In this document: positions 1 through 10,551 of the stretch, one piece after another
Position numbering within the stretch: the stretch's first letter is position 1
Layout: each line of letters starts with the position of its first letter
NCBI GenBank assembly: GCA_963762565.1
Contig: CAVXLD010000001.1
Span: forward strand, 96,001-160,000
Origin: an uncultured Verrucomicrobiae bacterium
GTDB taxonomy: Bacteria > Verrucomicrobiota > Verrucomicrobiia > Chthoniobacterales > JAFAMB01
DNA: 64,000 nt
Direction of reading: 5' to 3'
The notes under the pieces: model-generated
Seen by the model: the letters and a program-made list of their open reading frames with translations, nothing else
What the model was told of the DNA's origin: nothing
The model's database searches: none
Made by a program: the position numbers and the translations under genes

Positions 1-90
1 CCATAAAGAAAGGATGTACCGGTCCAACGCCGGGTTGTGCGGCTCCATGGAAAAGCCGCCTCCACCCAGTGCTACGATATGACCACGCAT
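1..90 (-). CDS. Peptidase E / S51 family protein, N-terminal part (runs off the window)
   Basis: Hand translation from ATG at 90 gives MRGHIVALGGGGFSMEPHNPALDRYILSLW, matching the typical GGGGFSMEP N-terminus of S51 peptidases; not in the ORF track. Confidence 0.75.
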   Translation of the reverse strand, partial: MRGHIVALGGGGFSMEPHNPALDRYILSLW

Positions 91-100
91 GAAGGAAAGC

Positions 101-346
101 GGAATTTCACCACAGAGGCACAGAGAACACAAAGAACAGATAATAAAATCCGCAGATTACGCAGATTACACAGATTTCGTTTTGAGCTTCGGATAGCGGC
201 CAAGTACTCAACGAAACGGCAGCATACCTGGACGACTTTTTTCCCTGCGGCTGGATTCAATCTTTAACGTAATCTGCGTAATCTGTGAAATCTGCGGATC
301 CTAATGTCTGTCTCTGTGTCCTCTGTGTCTCTGTGGTGAAATTTCC
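101..346. repeat. Nested inverted-repeat element: outer CACCACAGAG family, inner CGCAGATTA family
   Basis: Outer arms ~101-140 (GGAATTTCACCACAGAGGCACAGAG...) and ~307-346 (...CTCTGTGTCTCTGTGGTGAAATTTCC); inner arms ~147-177 and ~271-299; ~93-bp unique core. Confidence 0.9.
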
Positions 347-350
347 GAAT

Positions 351-2792
351 TTATTCCCGCAGGGCGATCATTGGATCGATCCGGATCGCGCGCCAAGCGG
401 GCACCACGCAGGCGAGAAAAGCGGCTAATCCCAATACCCCGATAGCCGTCAGAAGCGCAATCGGGTCGGTACCAGAAACACCGTAAAGCAAGCTTTGGAT
501 CAGATGCGTTAAAATCACTGAGCCGAGGATACCGGCCGCCAAACCGATCCCGACGATCATTAAACCCTGGCGAACCACTAAATTAAGGATGCTCCCAGAC
601 TCTGCGCCCAGAGCAATCCTGATTCCAATCTCCCTGGTACGCTGAGCAATCGAATACGCCAATACGCCGTATAAACCAACCGCAGCCAAGAGCAGCGCAA
701 GAACCGAAAACAGACTGACTAACACAACTGAAAGCCGCTGCGTAACTAACTCCTTGCTGAGCTGGCTTTCCATGGTTCTGATATTAAAGACAGGCAGACT
801 GGGATCGGACGATTGTACCGCTTCGCGGACGGCGGACACCAACCCTTGCGGATCACCCTTAGCCCGAAGTAAGACCGTCATCAGTAGCTCAGGCCTCTGC
901 GAAACCGGGAAATAAAGCTCCGCAAGTTTCGGCTCACTCGCTAAATCATCATGCCTTACGGTCCGTACCATTCCTACAATGGTGTATTTTACGGAGTTAG
1001 CTTTGTGGGCATCCTCAGAGAGCTGTTTACCAATTGGATCCTGACCGGGGAAACAGCGATTCGCCAGTTTTTCGTCAATGATAACGACCGGCGTTTTACC
1101 GACTCTGTCTTCGGCATCGAAAGTGCGGCCGCGGATCAATTGGATCTTAAGCGTTTTGAAATAATCGGGCGAGACAGATGCATATTCCGCCGTCGGTTCT
1201 TCTCCGAGTCGAGGTTCGGGCTGGCCGACAACGCCAAAGTCCATTGAGTAGTTGTTACCATTAAATGGCGCATTACTTCCCAGTGCTGATGCTTCCGTAC
1301 CCGGAACGCTTCGAATTCGTTGCAGGAGCGATTCATAAAAGGCTGCCATTTCGGTTTTCGTCGTTTGGTCAGCCTGGTTCTGATACTTCGAGCTCGACAG
1401 TTTAATCTCGACCATAAGCATGTTATGCGGATCAAAACCAAGCGGGACCTTTTGCAGCTGCTGGAAACTTTGGATGAGTAAGCTGGAAGCCACCAAAAGC
1501 AGACTAGCTAGAGCGACCTGCCCGATCACTAATAGTCCTTGGCTTCGTTGGCGCGCGGCGCCGGCAGTAGTGCCTCGACCGCCGGCAGCATCCAGAGTTT
1601 CCCTGAGGTTAACTCGAGACGTCTTCAAAGCGGGCCACAAACCAAATACCAGGCCGCTACCTAAAGTCACGATCGTGGTGAAGAGCAGAACCATCCCATT
1701 CAGATGAACGTGCTCGAATCGGCCAACATCATGAGGTGTTAATACCACAATCGCATCCAGGCTGGTCTGTGCCAATAGTAAGCCGAGAACTCCACCTAAT
1801 ATCGCCAGCACTACACTCTCGAATAGCAACTGATTAACCAAGCGGGCACGGCTTGCTCCCAAAGCCGCCCGGAGCGAAATCTCTCGTTGCCGAACAATCG
1901 CCCGGCCTAATAAGAGATTCGCCACATTGGCACAACCAATCAAGAGCACGAGACCAACGACAGCTAATAATAGATAAAGCGTCATTCGATATTGACCAAC
2001 CACGTCTTCCAGAAGAGGCGTGACTTTGGCTGAGATGTTAGAATTAGTGTCCGGGTACTGTAATTCCAGGTTTCGCGCGATAACTCGAAACTCGGCTCCC
2101 GCAGCTTCCCGCGAAACGCCCGGATTAAGCCGGCCTAGACAATTCAAACCCGGATGCTGACCCCGATCGGTCAAGGCCGCAGGCACTGGAAAATGGCCCA
2201 TGGTTACATAAACATCCATGTTTTCCGGATTCATGATCTGAGGTGGAGCGATGCCGATGACTTCGTAGCTCACGTCATTCAGCACTAGTGTACGGCCGAT
2301 GATCTTCGGATCCGCTGCGAAACGATTTCGCCAGAATTTATCGCTCAAAAGAATAACGCCAGCCTCTCCAGTGCGGTCGTCACTTTCAGCAAAGAATCGT
2401 CCGATTTCCGGTGTGACCCCAAGCACTCGAAAATAGCTCGCAGTGACAATTGCCCCGCTTACCCGCTCCGGATCGCCATTCCCAGTTAAGTTAAAATTAT
2501 CGCGGCGAAATACGGCGATTTCTTCAAAGGAATGCTGGTTCGTTCGCCAATCTAGATAGTCGGGATAATCGAGTGATATTTTAGGGTAGACCGGGCTGGT
2601 TTCCGAAATCGTGAATAACCTCCCCGGATCCGGGTACGGTAACGATTCCAGCAGAACCGCATCGACCAGACTAAAAATTGCGGTATTCGCCCCTATCGCG
2701 AGCCCCATGATCAAGATGGTAGTGATAGTGAATCCAGGCGATTTCAACAACAGCCGGATGGTATAACGGAGATGAGAAATCAGGGTTCGCAT
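351..2792 (-). CDS. ABC transporter permease, duplicated MacB/FtsX (ADOP-type), copy 1
   Basis: 813 aa; KSPGFT..GANTAIFS start, CANVANLLL-REISLRAALGA and GLYGVLAY-QRTREIGIRIALGA FtsX motifs, IDPMIALRE end. Confidence 0.95.
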   Translation of the reverse strand: MRTLISHLRYTIRLLLKSPGFTITTILIMGLAIGANTAIFSLVDAVLLESLPYPDPGRLFTISETSPVYPKISLDYPDYLDWRTNQHSFEEIAVFRRDNFNLTGNGDPERVSGAIVTASYFRVLGVTPEIGRFFAESDDRTGEAGVILLSDKFWRNRFAADPKIIGRTLVLNDVSYEVIGIAPPQIMNPENMDVYVTMGHFPVPAALTDRGQHPGLNCLGRLNPGVSREAAGAEFRVIARNLELQYPDTNSNISAKVTPLLEDVVGQYRMTLYLLLAVVGLVLLIGCANVANLLLGRAIVRQREISLRAALGASRARLVNQLLFESVVLAILGGVLGLLLAQTSLDAIVVLTPHDVGRFEHVHLNGMVLLFTTIVTLGSGLVFGLWPALKTSRVNLRETLDAAGGRGTTAGAARQRSQGLLVIGQVALASLLLVASSLLIQSFQQLQKVPLGFDPHNMLMVEIKLSSSKYQNQADQTTKTEMAAFYESLLQRIRSVPGTEASALGSNAPFNGNNYSMDFGVVGQPEPRLGEEPTAEYASVSPDYFKTLKIQLIRGRTFDAEDRVGKTPVVIIDEKLANRCFPGQDPIGKQLSEDAHKANSVKYTIVGMVRTVRHDDLASEPKLAELYFPVSQRPELLMTVLLRAKGDPQGLVSAVREAVQSSDPSLPVFNIRTMESQLSKELVTQRLSVVLVSLFSVLALLLAAVGLYGVLAYSIAQRTREIGIRIALGAESGSILNLVVRQGLMIVGIGLAAGILGSVILTHLIQSLLYGVSGTDPIALLTAIGVLGLAAFLACVVPAWRAIRIDPMIALRE

Positions 2793-2798
2793 GATAAG

Positions 2799-2919
2799 AA
2801 GGAGCTAGGAGCTAGAAGATGGCGTTGCATTTCCTGCGGGGCGTCTTCTCTAAAAACAGGTTATCCGACATTGGTTGCGATCTCATTTTTCAGTTGTAGT
2901 CGTGATCTACTAGCTCCTA
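2799..2919. repeat. GGAGCTA-family inverted-repeat element (short arms)
   Basis: AAGGAGCTAGGAGCTAGA at ~2799-2817 and TCTACTAGCTCCTA at ~2906-2919; the right arm contains the stop codon of permease 2. Confidence 0.75.
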
Positions 2920-5363
2920 CTCCCGTAGGGCCGTTATCGGGTCGATGCGGCTGGCTCGGAAGGCAGGGAGGAAACAAGCGATCAGCCCAGTAATGACAAG
3001 GACGACTGCGCTCGCTGCAATCGAAAGCGGATCCGTGGCCGAAACTCCATACAAGATGCCAGCGATTAGTCCGGATAGCGCCAAAGCGATCGCCAATCCG
3101 ATCAAAAGTCCGATGCCGACAATCCTTAAGCCCTGTCTAATGACTAACTGTAGTATGGCCGTGGATTGGGCGCCGAGAGCAATCCTGACCCCAATCTCGC
3201 GCTTCTTCTGACTAACCGAATAGGAAAGCACTCCGTATAAACCAATCGCGGCCAATAGCAAAGCGACGGCGGAAAACGCGCTGACTACAATTGACGCTAA
3301 CTGCCGGATGGCAAACGATCTGGCCACCACCTCTTCCAATCGTCCGATGTTCGAGACGGCCAGGTTCGGATCAAGATCCGCCACCACCTTGCGAAGCGGC
3401 TCGATCACCAAGCTCGGATTATTCTCGGTATGGAGCACTAATGTCGCAAAATTGATCCGATTCGGTTCAGTATTTTGGGCGTAGGGATAGTAACATTGGT
3501 ACGGTGTTGGTTGCGATTCAGGATTGTCATATTGAACAGTGCCAACGACGCCCACAATGGTGTAGAAGTTCCGCTTGAGTCCGACCCGATCATGAAAGTC
3601 GTAGAGCTGTTTTCCAAGCGGATCCTGATCGGGAAAGAATGCCTGGGCCACACTCTGGCTAATTATCACGACTTTCTCTTTTTCCGGGCCATCCTGGTTA
3701 GTAAAAGTTCTACCGCGAATCTGCGGAATGCCCATGCTCCGGAAGTAATCCGGCGAGATAAACTGGATTTGCCAAGCCGGAAGTTGGCTTTGGGGTGGCT
3801 CCCGGCGTCCCGAAATCCAGAAGCCGTCAAGGTTGCTGGCCGGCGAAGAGGGCATGAAGGGTAAGGCACTGTTCAGGCCGGCCGAGGTAACTCCGGGCAA
3901 CGTTTTTACCCGATCGAGCAATTTGTCAAAGAATTGGCGATACGCAGTCTGGTCCGAATAGTTGGCGTTGGTTAGATAGAGATCCGCAGCCAATCGGTTA
4001 ACCGCTTCGAATCCTAGCGGGGTGTGCTGCAATGCCTGGAAACTTCTGGCCATGAGACCGGCGCTGATTAACAGGATAACGGTAAGAGCGACCTGACCAG
4101 AGACGAGCACGGCTTGACCCAGATTACGAGCCCGGCCCGCCGTAACCCGCTCCCTTCTCGTTTGAGGGCTGACGCTAGATTGGTCCGAGAATTGACCAGA
4201 GCGGGGAACAATCCGGAAAATGCCGCAGTGACTAGAGTAATCAACAAGACAAAGATCAGAGCGCCGGTATCAAGCCGGACCTCCTGAAAACGTGCGAACT
4301 CATCCGGCGCGAGCGTTCTGATGACGTGAAGCGACCAAGCAGCAGCGGCCAGACCGACGGCGGCGCCGGCCAGAGTCAGGACCGAATTTTCGATAAGGAG
4401 TTGCGCGATCAGCCTTCTCCGATTTGCTCCCAGCGCAGCGCGCACACTCATTTCTCTTGCCCGTTCCTGCGCCCGAACGAGCAACAGTGTGGCTACATTC
4501 GCGCAGGTGATAACCAGCAGACACGCTACCGCCGCTTCCACCAGCCATAACGATCCGGAATAGCTGCCAATCACCGTATCGAGATAAGGAACCGCCCGGA
4601 TCCCGAATCCAATATCCTCAGGATATCGGCTTACGAGGTTCTGTTGGATGACCTCTAAATCGGCTTTGGCCGCTTCTAAGGTGGCGCCGTCTTTAAGGCG
4701 GCCAAAGCAAGCACAATCGTGGTTGAGCCGTTGGGTCATCTCGAGGGTCCCATAAAAACGGCTTTGATTTAGCGGGACATACACATCGATCCTAGCCGAC
4801 TCGCTGGCCACAGAAGGGGTCACGCCGATCACTTGAAGACTTCTCCCGTTTAACGACAAACTCGCGCCGACGACATTCGGATCGCCGTGGAACATCGTCC
4901 GCCAAAAATGTTCACTCACTATCACGACACCCGGCGCATCGGGCCGATCGTCGGCTACCTCTATCGGGCGACCAAACAGCATGGGACGTCCAAATAGCTG
5001 GAAAAATGTTCCCGAAACATAAGCGCCGCTGATTAACTCCGGGTTGCCACGTCCTGTCAGCGTAAAATCATCGTTGAGCGAGAGCGCCATTTCCTGGAAC
5101 GAATGTTGGCCGGCTTTGAGATCGACGTAATCAGGATAATCGAGCGGTAATCGCTCGAAGCTCCGAAAAGACTGGTATACCTGCACTAACTGTCCCGGAT
5201 GCGGGTACGGAAGCGGCTTCAACAGGACTGCTTCAATCACACTGTAGATAGCGGTATTCCCTCCAATCCCCAGTCCTAGAATCAAAATCGCAGTAATCAT
5301 GAATCCAGGCGATTTAACCAGTAGCCGGATTGTACGCCGGAGATGGGAAATTAGGCTTCGCAT
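2917..5363 (-). pseudogene. ADOP-type ABC permease, copy 2, split by a single-base frameshift
   Basis: ORFs 4068..5363 (N half) and 2917..4110 (C half) join into one ~815-aa permease (LKREG-ERVTAGRARNLGQAVLVSGQVAL) if one base is added near 4152-4156. Confidence 0.85.
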
Positions 5364-5370
5364 ACAGGTA

Positions 5371-5518
5371 GAGTTAGGAGGTAGAATCTAGGAGCTAGTG
5401 CGTCGCCGCGACTTCTAAATTCTTACTGTTGCTCTGTCGTTTATTCGTTTAAATTTAAGGGCATCTATTAGTCAGGTATTTTTCCTTCTAGATCCTAGAT
5501 TCTGGCTCCTAGCTCCTA
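5371..5518. repeat. GGAGCTA-family inverted-repeat element
   Basis: GAGTTAGGAGGTAGAATCTAGGAGCTAG (5371-5398) and CTAGATCCTAGATTCTGGCTCCTAGCTCCTA (~5488-5518, includes stop of permease 3). Confidence 0.9.
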
Positions 5519-7933
5519 CTCCCGCAGCGCGTTGATCGGGTTGACTTTGGTAGCGCGGACCGCAGGCACTAAGCAGGCGGCTAAGGCCGTCAAACTCAGC
5601 ACGATCATAGCGGAAAGGATCGCTGCGGGATCGTAAGCTGAGATGCCATAGAGACTGGCTTGAACCAGAGGCCCAATGGCGAGTGTCGCGGCCAGACCGG
5701 CTAAGAGGCCAACGCCTACTAGCGACAAGCCTCTGGTAATGACCAGACGTAGGATATTGGTAGATTCGGCGCCGAGGGTGATGCGAACTCCGATCTCTCG
5801 TGTTCGCTGGCCTACGATGTAGGACAACACGGCGTACAGTCCGACGGCAGCCAGGAGAAGGGCGGTGCCAGACAACAGGCCAACCACAAGAACGGATAAT
5901 CTCCTAGCGTTGAATCTCTTGGCGATCGCCTCCTGAAAACTCTGGAGATTAGACACAGGGAGATTGGAATCTAACGCAGTAACGCTCCTTTGTAGCGCAG
6001 GGATAAACGATCGCGGATCGCCTTCGGTTCGCACAACCAGGGAGCCAAAGTTCCTTGGCGATTGCGCGGACGGGTAGTATACCTGGAAAGAGGTTTGCTG
6101 TATCTCCGGACTATTATGTTGGATGTCCGCTACGACCCCGACGATGGTATAGAGTGTTGGTTTGGTTCTCCCTGGCCGGTAGATCTGTTTCCCAACAGGA
6201 TCCTGGTTATGGAAGAAGCGCTCAGCAATGGCCTGATTGATAACGACAACTTTGTCGCTACTCGGCTGATCTCTGTCGTCAAGAAAACGCCCCCGAATCA
6301 GCGGTATCTGTAGGCTGCGAAAGAATCCTGGAGACACGTACTGAGGTTCCGCTCCGGGCATTTGGTTTAATTCCTTGTATTCTTGGCCGGGGATACCAAA
6401 TACGTTTATCTGAAGACCAACGAAAGGTGGATCACTGTCGAAGCCGGCATCCACAATTCCAGGTAGCTTTCGCAGGTTGCTAAGCAGCGAATCAAAGAAG
6501 AGTTTGCACTTCGTCTCGTCCCCGTACCTGGTTTCAGGAAGATAGATATCCGCCAAGAGCACATGGTCGGGCTTAAACCCCAAGGGCACGTTCTGCAGAG
6601 TCTGAAAACTTCGGGACAACAGAGCCGTCCCGATTAAAAGGACCACGGTGAGTGCTACCTGTCCGCCGACTAACCAAGCCTGGGCACGATGCTTCCCTCG
6701 CCCATCGGTTTGCCCACGGCCGGCCTCCTCGCTCAGCCCGGAAGCCGGATCAGATCGTAAATTAGCCCAGATGGGAACAATTCCGGCTACTAACGCCGTC
6801 AAAGAACTCACCACAATCGTGAACAGAAGCACTGGGCCATCGATGTTCACCTCTTGGAAACGAGTTTCGCTTTCGAGAACAAGAGACTTTATGACGCCTA
6901 AAAGACTCCACGCTAATACCAAGCCGATTGCGGCTCCGGCAATCGCCAGGACCAAGCTCTCCCCGAGCATTTGGGCTCCAAGCCGGATTCGACCGGCACC
7001 GAGCGCCGCTCGGATACTTGCTTCTCTGTGGCGGCCTTGGGCCCTAGCCAAGAGCAGATTCGCTACGTTCGCACAGGCAATCACCAACAGACATCCAACC
7101 GCTGCCTCCAAAATCCAAAGCGTCCCCGCATAGTCGCTAATCACGGTGTCCAGGTACGGCACCAGGCGGATACCGAACCCTTTGTCCGTAGCCGGGTATT
7201 GAGCAATTAAGTTCTGATTGATCCGCTCGAGATCGGATCGCGCTTGGATCAAACTAACACCCTCCTTTAGCCGGCCGATGCAGGGAAAATCGTGGCCGCC
7301 GCGACTCGCCTGCATCACTTTGAAATCCGGCGCGAAAGGCAATGGAATATAAACGTCGATCTTATTTGATTCGTTGCAGACCTCGGGAGTCACACCGATG
7401 ACCTGGAAGCTTTTGTCGTTCAGCGCTATCTTGGTACCGATGATATTTGGGTCCGCCTGGAAATGTTTTCGCCAAAACCGATCACTCAAAACGACTACCG
7501 GCGCCGTGTCTGATTTATCTTGGCCTTTGTCGAAGGGACGACCGAGCAAGAACGTCCTCCCAAAGACCTCAAAGAACGATCCACCGACATAGAAACAATC
7601 GATCCTTTGCGCTTCACCTCTTCCGGTAAGATTTACCTGATCCGGTAAAACCAGCGTCAAGTTTTGAAAGCTGTGCTGCGCAGCCGTATAATCGAGAAAG
7701 TCGGGATAATCGAACGGAAATTCGTTGTAGCCTCTAAACGGTTGAAATAACTGGACCAATTGAGCCGAATCCGGATAGGATAACGGCTTAAGTAATAACC
7801 CGTTAATCAAGCTGAACACCGCAGTATTGGCGCCAATACCTAATGCCAGAATTACGATGGCATTGACAGTAAATGCGGGCGATTTCGTTAATCGCCGGAT
7901 CGTAGGCAAGAGATGGGAAATTAGGCTGCGCAT
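5516..7933 (-). CDS. ADOP-type ABC permease, copy 3
   Basis: 805 aa with the same duplicated MacB-PCD/FtsX motifs; ends VNPINALRE. Confidence 0.95.
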   Translation of the reverse strand: MRSLISHLLPTIRRLTKSPAFTVNAIVILALGIGANTAVFSLINGLLLKPLSYPDSAQLVQLFQPFRGYNEFPFDYPDFLDYTAAQHSFQNLTLVLPDQVNLTGRGEAQRIDCFYVGGSFFEVFGRTFLLGRPFDKGQDKSDTAPVVVLSDRFWRKHFQADPNIIGTKIALNDKSFQVIGVTPEVCNESNKIDVYIPLPFAPDFKVMQASRGGHDFPCIGRLKEGVSLIQARSDLERINQNLIAQYPATDKGFGIRLVPYLDTVISDYAGTLWILEAAVGCLLVIACANVANLLLARAQGRHREASIRAALGAGRIRLGAQMLGESLVLAIAGAAIGLVLAWSLLGVIKSLVLESETRFQEVNIDGPVLLFTIVVSSLTALVAGIVPIWANLRSDPASGLSEEAGRGQTDGRGKHRAQAWLVGGQVALTVVLLIGTALLSRSFQTLQNVPLGFKPDHVLLADIYLPETRYGDETKCKLFFDSLLSNLRKLPGIVDAGFDSDPPFVGLQINVFGIPGQEYKELNQMPGAEPQYVSPGFFRSLQIPLIRGRFLDDRDQPSSDKVVVINQAIAERFFHNQDPVGKQIYRPGRTKPTLYTIVGVVADIQHNSPEIQQTSFQVYYPSAQSPRNFGSLVVRTEGDPRSFIPALQRSVTALDSNLPVSNLQSFQEAIAKRFNARRLSVLVVGLLSGTALLLAAVGLYAVLSYIVGQRTREIGVRITLGAESTNILRLVITRGLSLVGVGLLAGLAATLAIGPLVQASLYGISAYDPAAILSAMIVLSLTALAACLVPAVRATKVNPINALRE

Positions 7934-7938
7934 AAGGG

Positions 7939-8102
7939 AGGAGTTAGGAGCTAGAATCTAGGAGCTAGGAGGGAGACTCTTTTTCTGATTCGTGCGTTGC
8001 TCCAACGACTGGTTTTGTCAGCTGACTTATGCAGATTCGATTCAGTTTTGTTCGCGATATCGTCATCTCTTCTAGATCCTAGATTCTAGCTCCTCGCTCC
8101 TA
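7939..8102. repeat. GGAGCTA-family inverted-repeat element
   Basis: AGGAGTTAGGAGCTAGAATCTAGGAGCTAGGAG (7939-7971) and TTCTAGATCCTAGATTCTAGCTCCTCGCTCCTA (~8070-8102, includes stop of permease 4). Confidence 0.9.
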
Positions 8103-10544
8103 GTCTCGTAGCGCCGTGATGGGATCGATGCGCGTCGCTCGGAATGCGGGTAGCAGACAGGCGAGGAGCGCAGCCGTGGAGAGTACCAGGGCACTGGTCA
8201 ACACCGCCGCAGGATCACTCGCCGATACGCCATAAAGGACGCTTCCGATGATTTGTCCCAGTACGATCCCCGCGCCTATGCCGACAATGAGTCCCACGCA
8301 AATAATGCGCAGTCCCTGATAAGTAACCAATTTAATGATATTCGTTGCTTCGGCCCCTAAAGCCATTCTAACGCCGATCTCCCGGACCCGCATGCTTACC
8401 GAGTAGGAAAGAACTGCGTATAACCCAATTGCAGCCAACAAGAGCGCGACACAGGAGAACAACCCCACTACGACCAATGAGAGGCGCCTAGTTGTGAAAC
8501 TTTTAGCAATCAGATTGTCGTAGGCGCTGACGTTGGCCAGGGGAAGATCGGGATCAAGCGTGCCGATCGTGTTTCGCAAAGCCGGAATCACCGACTGAGG
8601 GTCAACGGTTGTATGCAGAACCAGTGTTTCGAACTTCGTGAATTCGCCGAAGCCTCCTGCCGTCTGCGAGTACGAGAAATAGGATTGAAACGGCGTTTGG
8701 CCGTGCCCGGGGTCGTTGTGTTGTACGTCAGCCACAACCCCAATGATCGTAGTAATATGGCGCGGCCGATTGAATAAATGTCCGACGTCGTCAAGCTGTT
8801 TCCCGATGGGATCTTCACCGTGGAAAAAGCGTTGGGCAATGCTCTGGTTGATAATAACGACATTTTCGGAGTTGGGTTGATCTCGATCGTCAAAGAAACG
8901 CCCTCTTAGCAATGGAATACCAAGCGCGCGAAAATAACCGGGCGAGACGATCTGGTGAATCATCCATGGCAGGCGGCTGACGTCCGTTACCGGTTGGCCC
9001 GCTATGATCAGAGTTTCATGATCGTTATTGTCACCAAAAGGAACGCAATCGTTCAGCCCAAGATCGGTCACACCTGGTATTTGACGAGCCTTATCTAGCA
9101 ATGAATCGAAGAACGCCTTCCGCTTTTCGCCGTCAGCGTACTTCGTACTCGCCAGATAAACGTCCGCCACCAGAACCTGATGACTTTTGAATCCCAATGG
9201 AACACCTTGGACAGCCAAAAAGCTTCGTAAAAGCAATCCTGCTCCGATCAAAAGCACTGAGGCCAGGGCGACCTGCCCGATTACCAGAATGCTTTGGCTG
9301 CGTTGGCGTTCTCGCCCGACCGTACCAGTCCGTCCTCCTTCATCGCGAAGTGCGGAAGCTAAATTTGCCCTCGACAGAACGAGGGCAGGAAAAAGTCCAA
9401 AAAGCAGGGCGGTTAGCAAGGTCAGACCGAAAACAAATAACAGGGCCGTACCATCAATCGCGATGTTCTGCAGGCGACTGATGTCGCCCGGATCGAGCAT
9501 TTTGATTAAGGAGACGCCCCAACAAGCCGTTAACAATCCAATTCCACCACCCATCAGCGCAAGTACTAGGCTCTCGCTTAGCAGCTGTACCAATAAGCGT
9601 TCCCGGCTCGCTCCGAGCGCAGCCCGGACCGTTATCTCTTTGCTTCGTTCACGTGCCCTTGCCAGCAGTAGGTTCGCGGTGTTAGCACAGGTAATTAGTA
9701 GCAAACAAATTACCGCCCCACCGAGCAGCCAGAGCGTGGTCGCATAGTCACTCACGACGCTGGCGAGGAAGGGCTCGATCCTGACTCCAAACGGGGCGCT
9801 CGTGTCCGGATATTGAGTGATCAGATTTCGATTGAGGACTTCAAAGTCGGCTTGCGTCTGCGCAATTGTGACCGCGTCCTTCAATCGGCCAACACAGAGA
9901 AACATGTGGCCGCTACGGCGAGAGCTAACGTCTTGGTAGCGAGGATCAAGAGTAAACGGTATGTACAGGTCGATTCTTGCGATTTCATTGGCCTGCGCCG
10001 GCGTAACCCCGATGATCTCGAAATTGCGTCCGTTCAAAGTGATGTTTTTGCCGATCACCTTCGGGTCCGCGTGAAACCGTTTTCGCCAGAGCACATCGGT
10101 AATCACAACGACGCTGGCCGCGATTTTGTCTTCCTTTTCTCCGAACGGCCGGCCCAGCAGTAGCGGTCTGCCCATAAGGGCAAAGAAATTGCCGGTCACA
10201 TAGGCGCCATCTATACGCTCGGGTTCAGTATCCCCGGTGACCTGGAAATCGTCCGGCTGGATCAGCGCCAAATCCTGGAGCGTATGTTGGCCAGACTTGA
10301 AATCGACGTAGTCACTGTAGGCCATGTCCATTCGCGGAACGTCTTGTGTTGGCTGAAAAATTCTGACCAACCTGTCCCCTTGCGGATATGGAAGCGGCTT
10401 GAGCAGAACGCCATTGATAAGGCTGAAGATGGCAGTGTTGGCGCCAATGCCCAAGCCCAGGATCACGATCGCGGTAATGGTAAATCCAGGTGATTTCAGC
10501 AAGAGCCGAACGGTGAGGCGGAGATGGGAAATTAGGCTGCGCAT
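8100..10544 (-). CDS. ADOP-type ABC permease, copy 4
   Basis: 814 aa, same motifs; ends IDPITALRD. Confidence 0.95.
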   Translation of the reverse strand: MRSLISHLRLTVRLLLKSPGFTITAIVILGLGIGANTAIFSLINGVLLKPLPYPQGDRLVRIFQPTQDVPRMDMAYSDYVDFKSGQHTLQDLALIQPDDFQVTGDTEPERIDGAYVTGNFFALMGRPLLLGRPFGEKEDKIAASVVVITDVLWRKRFHADPKVIGKNITLNGRNFEIIGVTPAQANEIARIDLYIPFTLDPRYQDVSSRRSGHMFLCVGRLKDAVTIAQTQADFEVLNRNLITQYPDTSAPFGVRIEPFLASVVSDYATTLWLLGGAVICLLLITCANTANLLLARARERSKEITVRAALGASRERLLVQLLSESLVLALMGGGIGLLTACWGVSLIKMLDPGDISRLQNIAIDGTALLFVFGLTLLTALLFGLFPALVLSRANLASALRDEGGRTGTVGRERQRSQSILVIGQVALASVLLIGAGLLLRSFLAVQGVPLGFKSHQVLVADVYLASTKYADGEKRKAFFDSLLDKARQIPGVTDLGLNDCVPFGDNNDHETLIIAGQPVTDVSRLPWMIHQIVSPGYFRALGIPLLRGRFFDDRDQPNSENVVIINQSIAQRFFHGEDPIGKQLDDVGHLFNRPRHITTIIGVVADVQHNDPGHGQTPFQSYFSYSQTAGGFGEFTKFETLVLHTTVDPQSVIPALRNTIGTLDPDLPLANVSAYDNLIAKSFTTRRLSLVVVGLFSCVALLLAAIGLYAVLSYSVSMRVREIGVRMALGAEATNIIKLVTYQGLRIICVGLIVGIGAGIVLGQIIGSVLYGVSASDPAAVLTSALVLSTAALLACLLPAFRATRIDPITALRD

Positions 10545-10551
10545 GACAAGC

